Shown: positions 53,582-63,759, numbered from the stretch's first letter. The stretch is DNA of 64,000 nucleotides from Candidatus Binatia bacterium (GCA_963664015.2 CAXXLF010000002.1:192001-256000), one strand, 5' to 3'. Numbers and translations: made by a program. Notes: a model not told the origin generated them from the letters alone.

Positions 53582-54622
53582 ATGGCGGCAATACTTTACA
53601 TGGGCACACGTAAAGGGGTTGTGACTCTTAAGAGTGATGACGGGCGATCATGGAAGACCGAGAATCATGCCTTACAGGACTGGGAAATACCCAAGATAGC
53701 CGTGGATCCCTCTGCCCCCAATCGAATCTTTGCCGGCACGAAAGGAGATGGGGTTTGGCTCAGCGAAGACTTCGGTAATAAGTGGAGAAAACCCTGCTAT
53801 GGAAAGCGCGGACCAGGTAAGGTCAGGGGCATTACTATTGATCCCCATGATTCAAACACGATCTATGCGGGCACCGAACCCATCGACATCTTTGTAAGCC
53901 GGGACGGGGCCAAGAGTTGGACCCGGTTGGACGCTGTCTGGGATATTCCTTTTGTCGCAACGGTTCCGTACCCAGTGTCGACTGTCGAGCCCCACGTCAG
54001 AGAGGTCACCATTGACCCCAAAGACCCCAATACGATCTATGCCGCTCTTCAAGTCGGTTATATCTTAAAGAGCACCGACGGAGGAGCCAGTTGGAAACTC
54101 CTGGATAAGGAGCTGGATTGCGATGTGCACACCATTGTGATCGATCCGGACAATACCAACAATATTTTCATCGCAACCGGAGGCCATGACTCCAGGCTCG
54201 GTAAGGCCAAGGGACGGGCCCTCTACATGAGCACCGACGCTGGCGAGAAGTGGAACCCCATCGCCATGGAGTTCACCCAGGAGTATTCCGTCCCGCTTAT
54301 CATGCATCCCAAGAACCCCAAAGTCATGTTAGCCGGCCTGGCTCATGGTCAGCCGAACCAGTGGCGCCGGGACACGGGCGCAGAGTCGCTGATCGTCAGG
54401 ACCGGTGACGGTGGATCCAAATGGGAGAAGCTGGACGGTGGACTTTCTGCGGTCGCCCAGGGCTTTCCAGAGGCCATTGCCTTCGATGGCTCTAACCCGG
54501 AACACCTTTACACTGCGACAAGGGGTGGGGAGCTCTTTGGAAGTAAAGACAACGGTGTGTCATGGGCAAAGTTTGATGTTAAAACCCCATCGGTAGCTGA
54601 TTTGAAATGCGTCCACGCGTAG
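53582..54622 (+). CDS. BNR/Asp-box beta-propeller protein, no signal peptide
   Basis: Repeated S.D.G..W boxes (SDDGRSW, SEDFGNKW, SRDGAKSW, STDGGASW, STDAGEKW, SKDNGVSW). Confidence 0.85.
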   Translation: MAAILYMGTRKGVVTLKSDDGRSWKTENHALQDWEIPKIAVDPSAPNRIFAGTKGDGVWLSEDFGNKWRKPCYGKRGPGKVRGITIDPHDSNTIYAGTEPIDIFVSRDGAKSWTRLDAVWDIPFVATVPYPVSTVEPHVREVTIDPKDPNTIYAALQVGYILKSTDGGASWKLLDKELDCDVHTIVIDPDNTNNIFIATGGHDSRLGKAKGRALYMSTDAGEKWNPIAMEFTQEYSVPLIMHPKNPKVMLAGLAHGQPNQWRRDTGAESLIVRTGDGGSKWEKLDGGLSAVAQGFPEAIAFDGSNPEHLYTATRGGELFGSKDNGVSWAKFDVKTPSVADLKCVHA

Positions 54623-54685
54623 ATATGACTTAGAAGCTATGCATTCCTCGAAACTACAAAATGTAAAAAGGGCTAGGAGGTTTTT

Positions 54686-55840
54686 ATGACATGGTTGTTT
54701 AAAACTTCCGCCTTCGGCTGGTCGATACGGGCCCTTATCTTCTTAATGATTTTTGGTTTTGGAGCATCCACCGCCACAGCTAATTCGCAGGGCGAGAAAC
54801 TCCTCAAAAACCTGATCGAAAAAGTGAGGAAGTAAGGTACTCTGGACACGGCTACGGTAACCCAGCTCGGGCCCGTAGTTCCGAAGCTGGTTGCAGCCTT
54901 CAATAAAACATTTGCCCTTGATCTCAACATCAATGTAGCGTTAGGCGATCAGGCCGGGAAATTCGCCAAGATGCTGATCACTCTTCGAGCCGGTGGCCGG
55001 CCCCAGTTCCACAGCCTGACCGGTGGAGCCAACGACGCGATCGTTACAGTTGACAAGGGTTATGCGATCCCGATCAAGAATTAGAAGCCCTTGCTGGCGG
55101 CCATCAACCCGCAGGTGCGTTCCGGCTAAACTAAGGCCAGTGAAGTCAGCCCCGACGTGGTTGGCGGCAAGGCCTTCATTTGGGGTACCCGAACCAAGGT
55201 TATGGTTTATAATTCGGAGCTTGCCACTGAGAAGACCATTCCTCGCCGCATTAAAGATCTGGCCGATTCCAAATTCAAGGGTAAGTTCACCGTTGCACCC
55301 TGGACGGATATCTTTGAACAGGGCGTTCTGGTTTACGAAAAAACTAAACGGCTCAAGAAGATGGACAAAATCGGCAAGAACGCGATGGGAGTCATGCGTT
55401 TTCAGCCGGCCCTCAATCGAATACTGTTGAAGGAATTTGCTTACACATACATGAACAGCGCCGCGTACTGGGGCGTCAAGGCGAAGGATCCATCGGCGCC
55501 GATCAAAGTGCATTGGTTCTCCGATTATACCCCGCTTTCCCCCATGATGTATATCGTCCCCAAGGGCTCCCGACACCCGGCGGCTGCCACACTCTGGGCC
55601 CTATGGATGACGACCAAGGAGGCCCAATCGATTTTCCAACAGACGAGTCCGCAGGAGATCCTGCTCTTCGGGCAGAGCGATATCGACAACCGGTCCCGGG
55701 CCGCTATTAAAAAAAGTGGAAGCAAGTTGGTATCGTATCTGAGTTCTCCCGAGAACGTGGCAGTGTTGAAGTGGTGGGCCACCGATGAAGGTAGAAAGTA
55801 TCGTTCCAAGATGAAGTCGTCGGTGACCCAGAGACGTTAA
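54686..55840 (+). pseudogene. ABC substrate-binding protein with three in-frame nonsense codons
   Basis: Single frame from ATG 54686; stops at 54833 (TAA), 55082 (TAG), 55127 (TAA); IPRRIKDLADSKFKGK, SRHPAAATLW. Confidence 0.8.
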
Positions 55841-55877
55841 CTGACGGCGGAACGACCTTTAGTAATCAGGACCCATA

Positions 55878-57677
55878 GTGGCAGGGATTCAGACAACGAC
55901 AACAGGAACCGAAGCTACAGGCTGGTCCCTGCCATTTCAGAATTGGTATGGCCGCATCGTCGGCTCTCATACAATTCCGGTTTTCCTGTCGTGGATCTTA
56001 TTGGGGGCAATCGTATTGATGTCCCTCATCGCTCTGTAAATGAGCTTTGTCCCTTTCCTCCCCACCGAGCCCGGCTTGACCCTGGAACACTGGACGAACC
56101 TGGCTAGGCCCTATGTATTCAAGCGGGTCCTTCCTAATACCCTAATCGTCGGGACCGGAACGGTTTTGGTCTCCCTGTTCTTTGCCGGGCCGCTGGCATG
56201 GTTGATCAATCGTACGGCTCTCCCCTTTCGTAGCACCTTCATTTCCATTCTAGCCGTCGTGGTTCTGATCCCGGGTTTTGTCAAGGCAATGGGTTGGATC
56301 CTATTGATCAATCCCAAAATTGGTCTCATCAATAACACTCTTGCCGGTCTATTTGGAATGGAGTCTTTCCCCTTGAGTCTGGCCAATCCCTATGGGATGG
56401 CCTGGGTTATGGGCCTTTCTCTCACTCCTTCCATGTTTTTTCTCCTTTCTGTCTCTATGCGCTCGATGGACCAATCCCTGGAAGAGGCAGGCAGTGTATC
56501 AGGCGCCAGCAGGTGGTGGACATTTGCAAAGGTCGGGATGCCACTGGTATGGCCGGCCATTCTGGGCGGTTCCATTTATCACTTCATGACGGCACTTTCC
56601 ATGTTCGAAGTCCCGGCCATGCTGGGCACCGCCGACGGCCAGTCTCCGGTCCTGGCAACCGAGCTTTTCTATGCGGTTCGTCCCGCTACCGGTGAAGCGA
56701 GCATGATCAGCTACGGGGCGGCGGGAGTCTACGGTGTTATGATCGCTACGCCGTCTCTGGTAGCACTCTACTTTTACCACCGGGTACTGGAGAAGTCCCA
56801 TCGCTATGCCGTCATTTCCGGTAAGGGTTACAGGCCTCAGGCATATGATCTTGGAAAGTTTAAATATGCTGCCTTCGGCTTTGTTCTCATATATATTGTA
56901 CTTGTCGCCGTCCTGCCCATGCTCGTCCTTGGATGGATGTCTCTGTTCCCCTACGTCCATATGCCATCGGTTGCAGCACTGTCCAAGGCCACTTTGAAGA
57001 ATTACGATCCGGAATACTTCATGGCAATCATTGGTGGGAGCCATGTCATCTGGAACACGTTCAAACTCATGGTCACGGTACCCATCCTGGTCTTATTCTT
57101 CAGTGTGACCATTTCCTGGGTGGTCGTACGAACCCGCGTACGGTCACGCCACATTATGGACAACATCGCCATGCTTCCCCATACCATACCGGGCCTGGCC
57201 TTCGCCTTTGCACTGTTCATTACGGCACTTTTATTGGAGGTATGGGCATCATGGATAGTGCTGAACCGGACCATAACCATTATTGTGTTCGCCCATCTGA
57301 TGGAACGAATCACCTATTCGACCCGCATCACCAATGCCTCTTTTATTCAGGTGCAGCACGAGCTGTAGGAATCTGCCCATGTGTGCGGAGCAACAACCGC
57401 AACTACTATCTGGCGAATCCTTGTCCCGCTCATCAAGCCTTCTATGGTTTTTGTCGGGATTTGGACGGCCATGTCGACCTTCCGAGAGGTCAGCATTGCT
57501 CTTTGCCTGTCCGGTCGGCGCAATGAGGTGCTAGTAGTAGGGGTTTGGAACGCCTGGGATGCTGGGAATATTGGGGCGGCCTCGGCAGGCGCCGTGATAA
57601 TGGTGTTATCCGTCGGTCTAATCCTTTTGATTACTTTACCTCTTACCGGAGGGCTCCTCCGAGCGTCGGGTCGGTAG
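55878..57677 (+). pseudogene. Fe(III)-type ABC permease with two in-frame nonsense codons
   Basis: Single frame; TAA at 56037 and TAG at 57366 (EL*ESA, expected ELEE); MDQSLEEAG, GKGYRP. Confidence 0.8.
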
Positions 57678-57693
57678 GCTCCAAAAGAAGCCT

Positions 57694-57881
57694 CCACGGG
57701 CTTAAGCCCGTGGTATCCATCATTTCTTTGGCGGAATCCGCCGAAACACCCTCCTTCGCTCGCCCCGTGGAGTAGGTTCTTATTCGTGGGGTCTCGTCTC
57801 GATCATGGAAAGTACTCCACGGGGCGAATTGAGCTTCGGAGGGTCCAACCGTCGCATTCATCCATGGGCTTACGCCCATGG
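57694..57881. repeat. Composite palindromic element (terminal 20-bp hairpins around a 68-bp IR element)
   Basis: CCACGGGCTTAAGCCCGTGG (57694-57713) and CCATGGGCTTACGCCCATGG (57862-57881) flank TCGCCCCGTGGAGTA...TACTCCACGGGGCGA (57760-57827). Confidence 0.75.
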
Positions 57882-58254
57882 TCTTCTGGGAAAGCGGATC
57901 AAATCCAAGGCATCACTCCAGCCTAAGTCCTCCTGAGAAACCCAAACATTTCAAAACCCACAGGTATCCCTAATGGGGCTTAAATCGCTCATGCCTACAC
58001 TGAATCAGGCACATTCTGTGCACAGTTATCAGGATATTTAATGCCGGGAGCGTTAGAGGTTCAATTCTGTCAATTCTGTCTGCCTCCAATCCCGCTCTGG
58101 GCCAGGATTTGCTCTGCATCAGACTGTTAAGACTCAATTCCTTAGCTAATTAACTGCCGCTTGCGGCCCTGCTGGTCTGTTCCAACATTTGTTTGTGATC
58201 CTGGATATAATCGGGACAGATTGCCAATCGGCGGTGTTTCCCAATACAAGAATC

Positions 58255-58365
58255 TTAACAAACTGCTAGAAAGCAATCGATATTACGGGTGATTCTGCAA
58301 AGCGGGGAATAAAGGGTTTTCGAGATAGGCCGCAAGGGCGAGAGCGGTATACCTAATAGTCATGC
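58255..58365 (+). promoter_or_regulatory. Promoter plus attI-like site, copy 2 (degenerate)
   Basis: About 70/86 identity by hand alignment of 58276-58360 to 30921-31006; -35 TTAACA, core GTCATGC. Confidence 0.55.
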
Positions 58366-58645
58366 ATATTAAAACAATACGAAAATTAATCATCATTATA
58401 AGCATCCTTGCTCTGTAGATGTATCGCATGCCACAAGGCTGGAAAGAATATCGACTGATGATCTATTTACTCGTGCAGATCACGTATTCACAGGGAAAGT
58501 AATTAAGATTGAGTTAATCGACAGGAAGAGCGGTATTGTTCAAAGTGAAGCTTCTCCAACCGGATCACGAAGTGGTAATAAAATACGAATGTCTATCGAA
58601 ATATATGATGTAATTAAAACAACATCCAAAACAGAAATCCCTCTT
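58362..58645 (+). pseudogene. AT-rich remnant of a secreted-protein gene (likely cassette remnant)
   Basis: MHIKTIRKLIIIISILAL, frameshift, then VDVSHATRLERISTDDLFTRADHVFTGKVIKIELID...; the ATG lies inside the core-like site. Confidence 0.5.
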
Positions 58646-58745
58646 TCCCATGCCCGGGGAGAGGAGTGTTTGCCGGAATTGAGGACTGCTTGCTCCACTC
58701 GATATACAATTCAAGCGCGCGAGGCACGCCCTTTCCCTTCTATGG

Positions 58746-59450
58746 CTAAAACCCATTCATGTGAAGGGTGAGGACAAAGGCCTTTCGCATCCCGTCCTGA
58801 AGTTCCGGCGTATTGATGTATCGCCTAACGACGTCCGCTCCTAGTTCGGCGTGTTCGATATCCACATCGGCGTGCTCGATCTTGAACGCCAGGGCCCGCT
58901 CTACATCTTTTATGCCCATCTCTGCGTATTCTTTGCGTAATACGTCAATGTTATCCAAAAGTCGTTGTCTGATCTCCGGGATCCTCTTCTCCCCCTCACC
59001 CACAAGCGAACTGCCGATGGCAACCGCCCAGTGCCCGGTGCGATGCAGATTGACCCGCCAACCCCATATGATCAGCTTTTCCGGACTGCAGTCTTCCTGT
59101 TCCAGCCGTGTGATTTCTTCGTCAGTCAGGCCGAACTCCTGCGATTCCCACCGTGCCAGGATAGGGTGACTGGGCGTTTTACCACCCACTGTGGTTTGCC
59201 CACCCTCGTCGATCAGCTTACGTAGTTGCCGGCGGCGGATTTCCTTGTCCGTACAGTTTAGATACCGCTCACCCTCGAATCTGTGGTTATTATCTCCTCC
59301 ACGGTGGTATCTACGCCGGGCTTCGAGGATTTCCCCTTTGCTCTTGTAACGGGGGCACGGTCGGAGCAGCCCGCCTCCGAGGTGGTTTTTTCTATGTTGC
59401 TCCAATTCTTCAAGTAATTCGTCGCCGGTGATCAATTTCTGCTTCTCCAT
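58746..59450 (-). CDS. Heme-oxygenase-fold iron-containing redox family protein (divergent)
   Basis: NC.D.EIRR..LRKLIDEGG...SHP...GEGE...EHADVDIEH candidate ligands; probable ATG at 59450 with RBS GGAGAG. Confidence 0.7.
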   Translation of the reverse strand: MEKQKLITGDELLEELEQHRKNHLGGGLLRPCPRYKSKGEILEARRRYHRGGDNNHRFEGERYLNCTDKEIRRRQLRKLIDEGGQTTVGGKTPSHPILARWESQEFGLTDEEITRLEQEDCSPEKLIIWGWRVNLHRTGHWAVAIGSSLVGEGEKRIPEIRQRLLDNIDVLRKEYAEMGIKDVERALAFKIEHADVDIEHAELGADVVRRYINTPELQDGMRKAFVLTLHMNGF

Positions 59451-59496
59451 AAAACTCTCCTTCGTTTCCTGATGGGGATACAGAGAACCCTTTTCT

Positions 59497-60204
59497 CTAA
59501 TCGAACACACCTCTCTTCTCAGCCACGGTCACAAAATAGTTCCATACCTTCCAGGTCCGTTTTCCACCCAAGGCCCCCAGGGTCTGCTTGGGCGCTGTTT
59601 TGAGATCATCCGCCGAAAACGGTTTCAGGTTGCCCAGCAACATGAGCTCGTACTGGTAACGGGCGTTTTGCTCGAGCTGATAGGCGGTCTGAAAGAGCCC
59701 TTCGAGGACTTCTGAGACCACGACGGCACCGTGGCCTTTCATGAGGGCCGCTCGCCGACCGCCTAGTGTTTCCGCCAGAACCTCTCCCCGTTTCGTGCTA
59801 CCGATGTTCCACGGGTGCGGAAAGAGGGGAACTCCATCGCGGGCAAACATGACCCCATCGTTACAGACCGGGGCGAAATCAACCCCGCTCATGCTGATCA
59901 GGACCGAATAGTGGCAGTGGAGATGAGCGACTGTCCCAACGTCCTGGCGGGCCCGGTAGATGCACGTGTGGATAGGAGTCTCGCTCGGAGGCTCGTCTTC
60001 CCCCTCCAAAAGTTTGCCCTCCATGCCGACCGTAACAATGTCTTTGGTGGTCAGGGTTGCCCTACTCGAAAAACGAGATTGAATGAGCACCTGGTCCATT
60101 TCGGGAACCCGTGCGCTCACGTGGCCGTTGTGCTCCACGAGGCCAATCATGTCCATCATCCGGATACAACGGACCAATTTTTCCTTGAGCTCGTTTTTAT
60201 CCAA
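59497..60204 (-). CDS. Class II aldolase/adducin family protein
   Basis: NGHVSAR, PPSETPIH, AHLHCH, LMKGHG. Confidence 0.9.
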   Translation of the reverse strand: MDKNELKEKLVRCIRMMDMIGLVEHNGHVSARVPEMDQVLIQSRFSSRATLTTKDIVTVGMEGKLLEGEDEPPSETPIHTCIYRARQDVGTVAHLHCHYSVLISMSGVDFAPVCNDGVMFARDGVPLFPHPWNIGSTKRGEVLAETLGGRRAALMKGHGAVVVSEVLEGLFQTAYQLEQNARYQYELMLLGNLKPFSADDLKTAPKQTLGALGGKRTWKVWNYFVTVAEKRGVFD

Positions 60205-60252
60205 TTGATTCCTCTCGCAGGTTTTTGACCAGCCTCTTTTGGTGAGACCTCA

Positions 60253-61032
60253 TCATGGAATCTGAAGGGGAACCCGTTCCGAGGTTACCGCCCTCTGTAC
60301 GGCCACCAGCAATTGGTCCTCGATGTCCAGCCTCTTGCGAAACGCCCGTGCCACCGTCAACTGCCTCTCCTGGGTGCAGCACCAGTAGGAAAGGGCCTTT
60401 TCTTCCCATGGTAGGTGGGATTCTACATCCTCCTGGTAGGCTCGAAAGAACTCCAGATGTTTTTGCGAGACGCCATAGTGTTTCTGGAGTGCCGCCCCCA
60501 CCTTGCCTAAGGTGTCACGTCCATGCAGGTCTCCCGCATAGATGCTCGCGATCCCGTCCAACCAGGTCCATTCCCACCACCGAGAAAGCATGCACAACGT
60601 CGTAATCGCATAGTGGCTTCGGGTAAGGGACTTCCAGGAAAGGATCTCCTCCCGTGTTAGTCCGAGGCCTTCCCCCAGTCGTAGCCAGAGCTCCTCATAG
60701 GCAGGGGTGGTCAAGCCGGTCAAGTCGTTGACAACGTCTTTCCCTTCCAGGTCGACCATTTTTCTTAGGATTTGGGTTCTTGCCTCTTCATCATTGGTCT
60801 TGATATAGATCGCCCCGGTGCTGTAGACCATGGCATAATCCCAATAGGTGTACATGTCCTTGAGCCAGATTTTCACATGCTCCTTTTCCATCATGCCTTC
60901 GAATATGCCCTGATAGAATGGCGGTGGTTGGGGATATTTTCGCGATCTTTCGTCCTTAAGAAAGCGAATAAACGCTTCTCCCGTAAGAGGTGGTTCTTTC
61001 AAATCTTCAGGCCCATAGGGTAACTCAGACAT
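60253..61032 (-). CDS. TenA/PqqC-like heme-oxygenase-fold protein
   Basis: PPFYQ...WLKDMY...ELWLRLGEGLGLTREE...WLDGIAS...LQKHYG...LEFF; probable ATG at 61032. Confidence 0.72.
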   Translation of the reverse strand: MSELPYGPEDLKEPPLTGEAFIRFLKDERSRKYPQPPPFYQGIFEGMMEKEHVKIWLKDMYTYWDYAMVYSTGAIYIKTNDEEARTQILRKMVDLEGKDVVNDLTGLTTPAYEELWLRLGEGLGLTREEILSWKSLTRSHYAITTLCMLSRWWEWTWLDGIASIYAGDLHGRDTLGKVGAALQKHYGVSQKHLEFFRAYQEDVESHLPWEEKALSYWCCTQERQLTVARAFRKRLDIEDQLLVAVQRAVTSERVPLQIP

Positions 61033-61344
61033 AAATCCCCCTTCGATAGTACGAGCTCTTGAGTTGGCAATGGGGAGAACTAAGGGAAAAACAAAATCAT
61101 CATTACGCTTCATGCACCTGATCAATTGTCCACCCAAATCTTAGGACTCATATCGTTTCGAGAAAGCTACGTCAAGCACTCAAACTCCTGAAATGACGAA
61201 GGCTTATCAGGCCCCGGGGAGAGTTGACAGAAAAGCCCCTATCGGGTAGTGTCGGTTCAATTATGAAAATCCTAGCCCATAGGGAATGGGGAGCCGGTAA
61301 CACTACGTATAAGTAAGCCGTCGTCAAAAATTTAGGAGGGCATT

Positions 61345-62481
61345 ATGGAATTATGGCAGTATCCAGTAATCGATTGTGATGGGCATCTCGTTGAATCCAT
61401 TCCCGAGTTGACCGAATTCATGTCCCCCCATATGCGAAAATCGGTCCTGGAAGCGGGTCGCCAAAGGGAGGGTGCTTTCCCATCCCTGGACGGCTTTCAC
61501 GGCCCAAGGATTCGCGGTGCCGAACAACCCCCCAGTGGGGACGAACGTCCCTACGTTACCGCCAGCACCCATCGGAAGGGATCGGCGGAGGATTTCACGG
61601 CCTTCTTAGAAAAGGCCGACGTCAATGAGGCTATCATCTTTACCAGTGAGGGGCTATCCGCCGGATTCATTCAGAACGCCGATTACGCCGTAGCCATCTG
61701 CCGGGCCTACAATGACTATGTCTACGAACGTTATGCACGTGTCAGTGACCGCTTGCACCCCATGGCGCTGATCCCCTTTCAGGATCCGGGGCAGGCCAAG
61801 CTGGAGCTCCGTCGGGCCGTAAAGGAACTTGGTTTTCCGGGGGCGATGGTTCCCTCTTCCGGCCTCTCCTTACATATCGGCCACGAGTACTACCTTCCCA
61901 TCTACGAAGAAGCTGCCAATTTGGACTGTGTCCTTGGGGTCCACGGGGGTTCGGTCATGGGCATCGGTATGGATACCTTTACGGCCAGACGCTCCATATC
62001 CGGAACCCACCATTCCCTCGCATTACTCCTCGGCCTTACCGCCATCATTGGCCACGGAATTATGGAGCGTTTCCCCACCCTGCGTGTGGGGTTTTTCGAA
62101 GGCGGTTGCGCTTGGTTAGTCCTCTTGCTGGACCGAATGGAACGGCATGAGAGGGTTACGGGGAGAATCGATGTGGGAACGTTGACAGAATGCCTGGAAA
62201 GCGGCCGAATTCTCGTCGGCTGCGAGGGCAACGATGGCAGCCTGGTACATTTAATTGAAAGGGTAGGACCAGGTGTATTCAGTTGGGCGTCCGACTACCC
62301 CCACGAAGTCGATCTGGAGGCCGCAAAACAGATGATTCAAGACACGGTCGACGACGATCGGCTATCCGCCACTGACAAGGCCGGGCTGCTCGGGGGCAAC
62401 GCCCAACGATTCTTCAAGTTGCCTGTAAGGGAGAACCACCAAGTCAAATCCACTCAGGCGGGCCATGTCCAACACGCCTGA
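61345..62481 (+). CDS. Amidohydrolase_2 family protein
   Basis: IDCDGH, CRAYND, VHGG, FFEGGCAW, ASDYPH, LGGNA. Confidence 0.9.
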   Translation: MELWQYPVIDCDGHLVESIPELTEFMSPHMRKSVLEAGRQREGAFPSLDGFHGPRIRGAEQPPSGDERPYVTASTHRKGSAEDFTAFLEKADVNEAIIFTSEGLSAGFIQNADYAVAICRAYNDYVYERYARVSDRLHPMALIPFQDPGQAKLELRRAVKELGFPGAMVPSSGLSLHIGHEYYLPIYEEAANLDCVLGVHGGSVMGIGMDTFTARRSISGTHHSLALLLGLTAIIGHGIMERFPTLRVGFFEGGCAWLVLLLDRMERHERVTGRIDVGTLTECLESGRILVGCEGNDGSLVHLIERVGPGVFSWASDYPHEVDLEAAKQMIQDTVDDDRLSATDKAGLLGGNAQRFFKLPVRENHQVKSTQAGHVQHA

Positions 62482-62496
62482 TTCATAATTGACCGC

Positions 62497-62530
62497 GAGA
62501 GGGACGGATTCACTCTCCTCCGTCCCTCTC
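62497..62530. terminator. 12-bp stem-loop between amidohydrolase and dehydrogenase genes
   Basis: GAGAGGGACGGA / TCCGTCCCTCTC; no clear U-tract. Confidence 0.4.
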
Positions 62531-62631
62531 CACTCAAGGCTTTCTCACTTTCGTTTATCCCCAACACCGAGAGCGCCCCATCGGCCCATCACAATTGACT
62601 TATTAACAACCGGTTTAAGGAAAAGTACGGA

Positions 62632-63690
62632 ATGAAGGCGGTTCGATTTAATGAATATGGTGGACCTGAAGTCCTGCGCTTGGAGAAAGTCCCTGTGCCG
62701 GACCCAACCGACGGGGAAGTTCTGCTGCGGGTCCATGCAACCAGCGTACGTAGAACCGACCTGGAAATGCATTCGGGGACCGGCAGTTATTTTCGAGCCC
62801 CCGTCCCCTTTCAACTGGGCCGCGAATCCAGCGGGGTCGTTGCCGGTGTAGGACATGGCGTGACGGATTGGAAGGAGGGCGATGAGGCCATCACCCAGAA
62901 TATCACTCCGTGTGGGATCTGCGATAATTGCCGCCGGGACCTGCCCGAAGCCTGCCGAAAACCCCGCTATCAGGGGGTATCGGCCTGGGGAGGCTATGCG
63001 GATTACATTACGCTGCCTGCAACGAGTCTGATTCGTAAGCCTAAGGACCTGGGGCACGATCAGGCGGCGGCGTTTCAAGGCGGTACGTTGACTGCCTGGC
63101 ACAGCCTGATTACACGTGCACAGTTACAGGCAGGTGAAACGGTTCTGATTCGTTCGGCCAGTGGCGCTGTCGCCAGTGGGGGTGTCCAGGTCGCACGCCA
63201 CGCAGGCGCCCATATCATCGCTACGACCAGCGGACCGAAAAAGGCGCAGCTCGTCCAAGCCCTCGGAGCAGACGAGGTCATCGACTACACCCGAGAGGAT
63301 GTTCTGCAAAAGGTCCGAGAAATAACCAACGGTCGCGGTGTCGATATCTTTTTCGAAACTGTTGGTGGCGAGGCTTTTCAAGACCTGGCCAAATGCCTTA
63401 TGTGTGGTGGAAGAATCGTTGTACCAGGCAATGCGGCGGCATCTGAACTTCGCTTCCATCTCGGCCCACTGATCCAAACCCAAGGCACGATCCTCTTTTC
63501 AAAGGGGAGTCGTCCGGATGAAGCCCTGAAAGTCTTGGGCTTGATGGCCGCAAACCGAATAAAAGTCGCTATAAGCCACATCTTCCAACTGGAACGGGCA
63601 GCCGATGCCCACCGCATTCTTCAAAGGCGAGAGCAATTTGGACGGGTTCTGCTGGACGTTGCCGGGGCCGGATACCGGCCGAACATCTGA
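62632..63690 (+). CDS. Zinc-binding alcohol dehydrogenase / quinone reductase (MDR) family protein
   Basis: YGGPEVL, CGICDNC...C structural Zn motif, TAWHSL, GADEVIDY, GRGVD. Confidence 0.88.
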   Translation: MKAVRFNEYGGPEVLRLEKVPVPDPTDGEVLLRVHATSVRRTDLEMHSGTGSYFRAPVPFQLGRESSGVVAGVGHGVTDWKEGDEAITQNITPCGICDNCRRDLPEACRKPRYQGVSAWGGYADYITLPATSLIRKPKDLGHDQAAAFQGGTLTAWHSLITRAQLQAGETVLIRSASGAVASGGVQVARHAGAHIIATTSGPKKAQLVQALGADEVIDYTREDVLQKVREITNGRGVDIFFETVGGEAFQDLAKCLMCGGRIVVPGNAAASELRFHLGPLIQTQGTILFSKGSRPDEALKVLGLMAANRIKVAISHIFQLERAADAHRILQRREQFGRVLLDVAGAGYRPNI

Positions 63691-63759
63691 TTTTGCCTCA
63701 CGCTACCAATACGGCCGAGAACTCGGTCAGGCGCCGATCTTCTGAAGGGCGAAGTATAG

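Noticed and set aside
52452-53582. PQQ biosynthesis cluster or PqqA precursor peptide
   Set aside because: No ExxxY precursor ORF and no pqqB/D/E seen nearby
54686-57677. Stop-codon reassignment or programmed readthrough explaining the five in-frame stops
   Set aside because: The stops are a mix of TAA and TAG at positions expecting different residues (E, W, Y), and both codons terminate intact genes in this window
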